This document shows, in pieces, positions 17,145 through 20,000 of a DNA stretch of 20,000 nucleotides. Location of the stretch: the sequence record SRR22947727_1359. The stretch is one strand, 5' to 3'. A program made the translations under genes and the position numbers. The notes under the pieces are model-generated. The model ran no database searches and had not been told where the DNA came from. It saw only the letters and a program-made list of their open reading frames with translations. Every line of letters begins with the position of its first letter. Position 1 is the first letter of the stretch.

Positions 17145-18539
17145 ATGACGACCCATCCTATTTTTCCCTCGCGTCGTAATTTCCTCGGTCAAGCCGGACT
17201 CAGCCTTGGCTCCGCCGCATTCTCCAGCCTCGCAAACGCATCGGCTGCCGATGCGCTACCGCACTTTGCTGCCAAAGCGAAACGCGTAATTTTTCTCTGC
17301 ATGGCCGGTGGCCCTTCCCACTTAGAGACGTACGATTACAAACCGAAACTGGACCAACTTAATGGGAAACCCATGCCCACGTCCTTCACCGACGGACAGC
17401 CGATCGCTCAACTTCAAGGGAAAGAACTAAAAGTTCAGGGACACCTTACCAAATTTAAGCAGCACGGAAAGAGCGGCCAGTTCATCAGTGATTACCTGCC
17501 TCACACCGCCAAAATCGCAGACGATATCGCAGTCGTCCGCTCTATGGTAACCGAACAGATCAATCACGACCCGGCTCACACGTTCATGAATACCGGCACC
17601 GCAGTCAGCGGGCGGCCGTCAATGGGATCATGGGTAACTTATGGCCTCGGTTCAGAAACTGAAGACCTTCCCGGCTTCGTCGTTCTCACCAGCGTCGGCG
17701 GACGCAATCCTCAGCCGATCGCGTCGCGTCAGTGGGCCGCCGGATTTTTGCCAAGCCGATTTCAAGGTGTGGAATTCAATTCTTCAGGAGATCCCGTTCA
17801 CTACGTTCGAAATCCAAAAGGCGTTTCTTCGAAGCAACAAGCCGCGCTGATTGACGCTATCCAAAAGCTTGACCGAAAACGAAACGCGCAAGTCGCCAAC
17901 CCGGAAATCGATACCCGCCTCGCTGCTTACGAAATGGCGTTCAAGATGCAGACCTCGGTTCCGGATTTGATGGATATTTCCAACGAACCCAAACACGTCC
18001 TCGAGTCCTACGGCGCTGAACCAGGCGATGGCTCCTACGCTTCAAATTGCTTGCTCGCCCGGCGTTTGGCCGAACGCGGCGTCCGATTCATCCAGTTGTA
18101 TCACCGCGGTTGGGATCACCACGGAGACCTCGCCAAATACATGGACATCTGCTGCGGACTCACCGATCAGCCAACCGCTGCACTTATTTCTGACCTCAAA
18201 GAGCGCGGGATGCTGGAAGACACTCTCGTTGTGTGGGGCGGAGAATTCGGCCGCACCCCGATGTTTCAGGGAAAAGGTGGCCCTGGTCGCGATCATCACA
18301 TCAAAGGATTTTCCATGTGGATGGCTGGAGGCGGCATCAAAGGCGGAACCAGCTATGGTGAAACCGACGAGCTTGGCTACCATGCCGTCAACGATGTCGT
18401 TCACGTGCGTGACCTTCACGCAACGATGCTGCATCAGTTGGGAATTCATTCCAACCGATTCAGCTTTCCCTTTCAGGGCCTCGACATGCGGCTCACTGGC
18501 GTTGAAAAAGCCAGAGTGATTCGAGGAATCTTGGCGTAG
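17145..18539 (+). CDS. DUF1501 domain protein (alkaline phosphatase/sulfatase-like fold), Tat-exported
   Basis: SRRNFL twin-arginine motif. AKAKRVIFLCMAGGPSH, INHDPA, RPSMGSW, WDHH, WGGEFGRTP, GRDH, DLHATMLH. Starts 3 nt after the DUF1553 stop. Confidence 0.93.
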   Translation: MTTHPIFPSRRNFLGQAGLSLGSAAFSSLANASAADALPHFAAKAKRVIFLCMAGGPSHLETYDYKPKLDQLNGKPMPTSFTDGQPIAQLQGKELKVQGHLTKFKQHGKSGQFISDYLPHTAKIADDIAVVRSMVTEQINHDPAHTFMNTGTAVSGRPSMGSWVTYGLGSETEDLPGFVVLTSVGGRNPQPIASRQWAAGFLPSRFQGVEFNSSGDPVHYVRNPKGVSSKQQAALIDAIQKLDRKRNAQVANPEIDTRLAAYEMAFKMQTSVPDLMDISNEPKHVLESYGAEPGDGSYASNCLLARRLAERGVRFIQLYHRGWDHHGDLAKYMDICCGLTDQPTAALISDLKERGMLEDTLVVWGGEFGRTPMFQGKGGPGRDHHIKGFSMWMAGGGIKGGTSYGETDELGYHAVNDVVHVRDLHATMLHQLGIHSNRFSFPFQGLDMRLTGVEKARVIRGILA

Positions 18540-18580
18540 GATTTCCGCCTTATGCACTTTTTTCACCGAGTTGAGGTGAG

Positions 18581-18609
18581 TTGACGTTTTTGAGGAGATC
18601 GCCTTTTCT
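18581..18609 (+). promoter_or_regulatory. Candidate internal promoter TTGACG-N17-TTTTCT for the second DUF1501 gene
   Basis: Near-consensus -35 with a weak -10 ending 8 nt before ATG 18618. Confidence 0.3.
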
Positions 18610-18617
18610 TATTAACG

Positions 18618-20000
18618 ATGAACACCGAACGCCCCGTTTTTGATAACAAGATGCTGGACACGCGCCGTAATTTTTTCGGCAAAACCGCGACCGGAATTGG
18701 TGGAGCGGCGCTTTCGACGTTGCTGGATCGGGATTTGATCGGTGCGGAGGAAAAGGACGGTGATATTCCGAAGCCGAACGGCACGATGAAGGAATATCAC
18801 ACCCCACCGAAGGCGAAGCGGGTGATTTACATGTTCCAAAGCGGAGCGCCGTCGCAGCAGGATTTGTTCGATCACAAACCGAAACTGCAGGAGCATTTTG
18901 GCGAGGACATGCGGGATCACTTTGAAATGACTCAACGCCTCACGGGCATGACCGCGAACCAGAAAGCGTTTCCGCTCGCGGGGACAAAGTATAAATTTGA
19001 AAAACACGGGGAAGCGGGAATCGAAATCAGCGAGCTGCTGCCAAACATTTCGGGGATCGCGGATGAGATGTGCCTGATCCGATCGATGCACACCGAAGCG
19101 ATCAATCACGATCCGGCAATCACGTTTTTCCAAACCGGACATCAGCTGGCGGGTCGCCCGAGCATGGGGTCATGGCTAAACTACGGACTCGGTTCGATGA
19201 CCGACGATCTGCCATCATTTATCGCAATGGTCTCTCGCGGAACCGGCCGGCCGAATTGTCAGCCGCTTTACGATCGGTTGTGGGGCTCCGGTTTTTTACC
19301 GACCCAACACGCCGGAGTAAAGTTCATGAGCGTGGGTGATCCCGTTTTATATTTGAATAATCCGGATGGGTTCGACGCCACGGCACGTCGTCGCATGCTC
19401 GATGATCTCGAAAAAATGAACGCCAAAAAGCTCGAAGAGTTTGGTGATCCCGAGATCAATACGCGGATTCAGCAATATGAAATGGCCTTCCGCATGCAAA
19501 CCTCCGTGCCGGAGCTAACAGACTTTTCTGACGAGCCGCAGCACATTCTCGATATGTATGGTCCCGACGTGATGAATCGCGGATCATACGCCTACAATTG
19601 TCTGTTGGCTCGCCGTATGGCGGAACGCGACGTCCGATTCATTCAGCTGTATCACATGGGTTGGGATCAGCACTTTTCGTTGCCGACTCAGCTTTCAGGC
19701 CAGTGTCGCGACACCGATCAGGCATCTGCCGCCTTGGTGAAAGACTTGAAACAGCGCGGCATGCTCGACGACACCTTGATCGTCTGGGGCGGAGAATTCG
19801 GTCGCACTTCGTATTGTCAGGGAAAATTGACCAAGGAAAATTACGGGCGCGATCACCACCCGCGTTGCTTTTCACTCTGGATGACCGGTGCCGGAATCAA
19901 ACGCGGCCATGTCCATGGCGCGACTGACGACTTCAGCTACAACATCACCGAAGATCCTGTTCACGTGCATGATCTGCATGCCACGATGCTTCACCTACTG
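18618..20000 (+). CDS. Second DUF1501 domain protein, Tat-exported; 3' end outside the window and absent from the ORF track
   Basis: Manual translation gives MNTERPVFDNKMLDTRRNFFG...KAKRVIYMFQSGAPSQQDLFDHKP...INHDPA...WGGEFGRTSYCQG...GRDHHPRCF...VHVHDLHATMLHLL. The start, middle and end motifs are all in one frame, which reaches base 20000. Confidence 0.93.
   Translation, partial: MNTERPVFDNKMLDTRRNFFGKTATGIGGAALSTLLDRDLIGAEEKDGDIPKPNGTMKEYHTPPKAKRVIYMFQSGAPSQQDLFDHKPKLQEHFGEDMRDHFEMTQRLTGMTANQKAFPLAGTKYKFEKHGEAGIEISELLPNISGIADEMCLIRSMHTEAINHDPAITFFQTGHQLAGRPSMGSWLNYGLGSMTDDLPSFIAMVSRGTGRPNCQPLYDRLWGSGFLPTQHAGVKFMSVGDPVLYLNNPDGFDATARRRMLDDLEKMNAKKLEEFGDPEINTRIQQYEMAFRMQTSVPELTDFSDEPQHILDMYGPDVMNRGSYAYNCLLARRMAERDVRFIQLYHMGWDQHFSLPTQLSGQCRDTDQASAALVKDLKQRGMLDDTLIVWGGEFGRTSYCQGKLTKENYGRDHHPRCFSLWMTGAGIKRGHVHGATDDFSYNITEDPVHVHDLHATMLHLL

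Noticed and set aside
17145..20000. DNA-level repeats between the two DUF1501 genes (for example ATCAATCACGA and GGGGCGGAGAATTCGG)
   Set aside because: They are explained by conserved protein motifs in paralogs, not by a mobile or tandem repeat.
1..20000. CRISPR array, tRNA/rRNA, IS element, prophage or defence system
   Set aside because: I saw no regularly spaced direct repeats, cloverleaf motifs, or transposase, integrase or defence-type ORFs. The intergenic gaps are short (at most about 260 nt).

Overview
A gene-dense housekeeping and envelope region of roughly 50% GC (estimated by eye). It is most likely from a PVC-superphylum bacterium; the gene families and the rpsB/tsf context suggest Verrucomicrobiota (inference). 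In order it holds: a 5'-truncated PL10-type pectate lyase and a coupled SAM methyltransferase; a large secreted multidomain protein on the minus strand (circularly permuted F-type lectin, degenerate SGNH, PVC-type beta-propeller 'dehydrogenase', HEAT, azurin-like cupredoxin); a divergent DUF1549/DUF1553 cytochrome c protein; rpsB-tsf; a stand-alone Smr protein; a PQQ-like propeller; a CE4 deacetylase lipoprotein; mtnP; a YafK/DpaA-like L,D-transpeptidase-family protein; and a DUF1549/DUF1553 + DUF1501 + DUF1501 cluster. The last DUF1501 gene runs off the window and is missing from the ORF track. I saw no rRNA, tRNA, CRISPR, transposase or phage genes. The most interesting signals are the lectin/pseudo-esterase/propeller/cupredoxin protein, a three-way-junction element with two stable tetraloops in its 3' region, and a small palindromic repeat present twice with a compensatory base-pair change. 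All family assignments come from motif recognition by eye, not from database searches.
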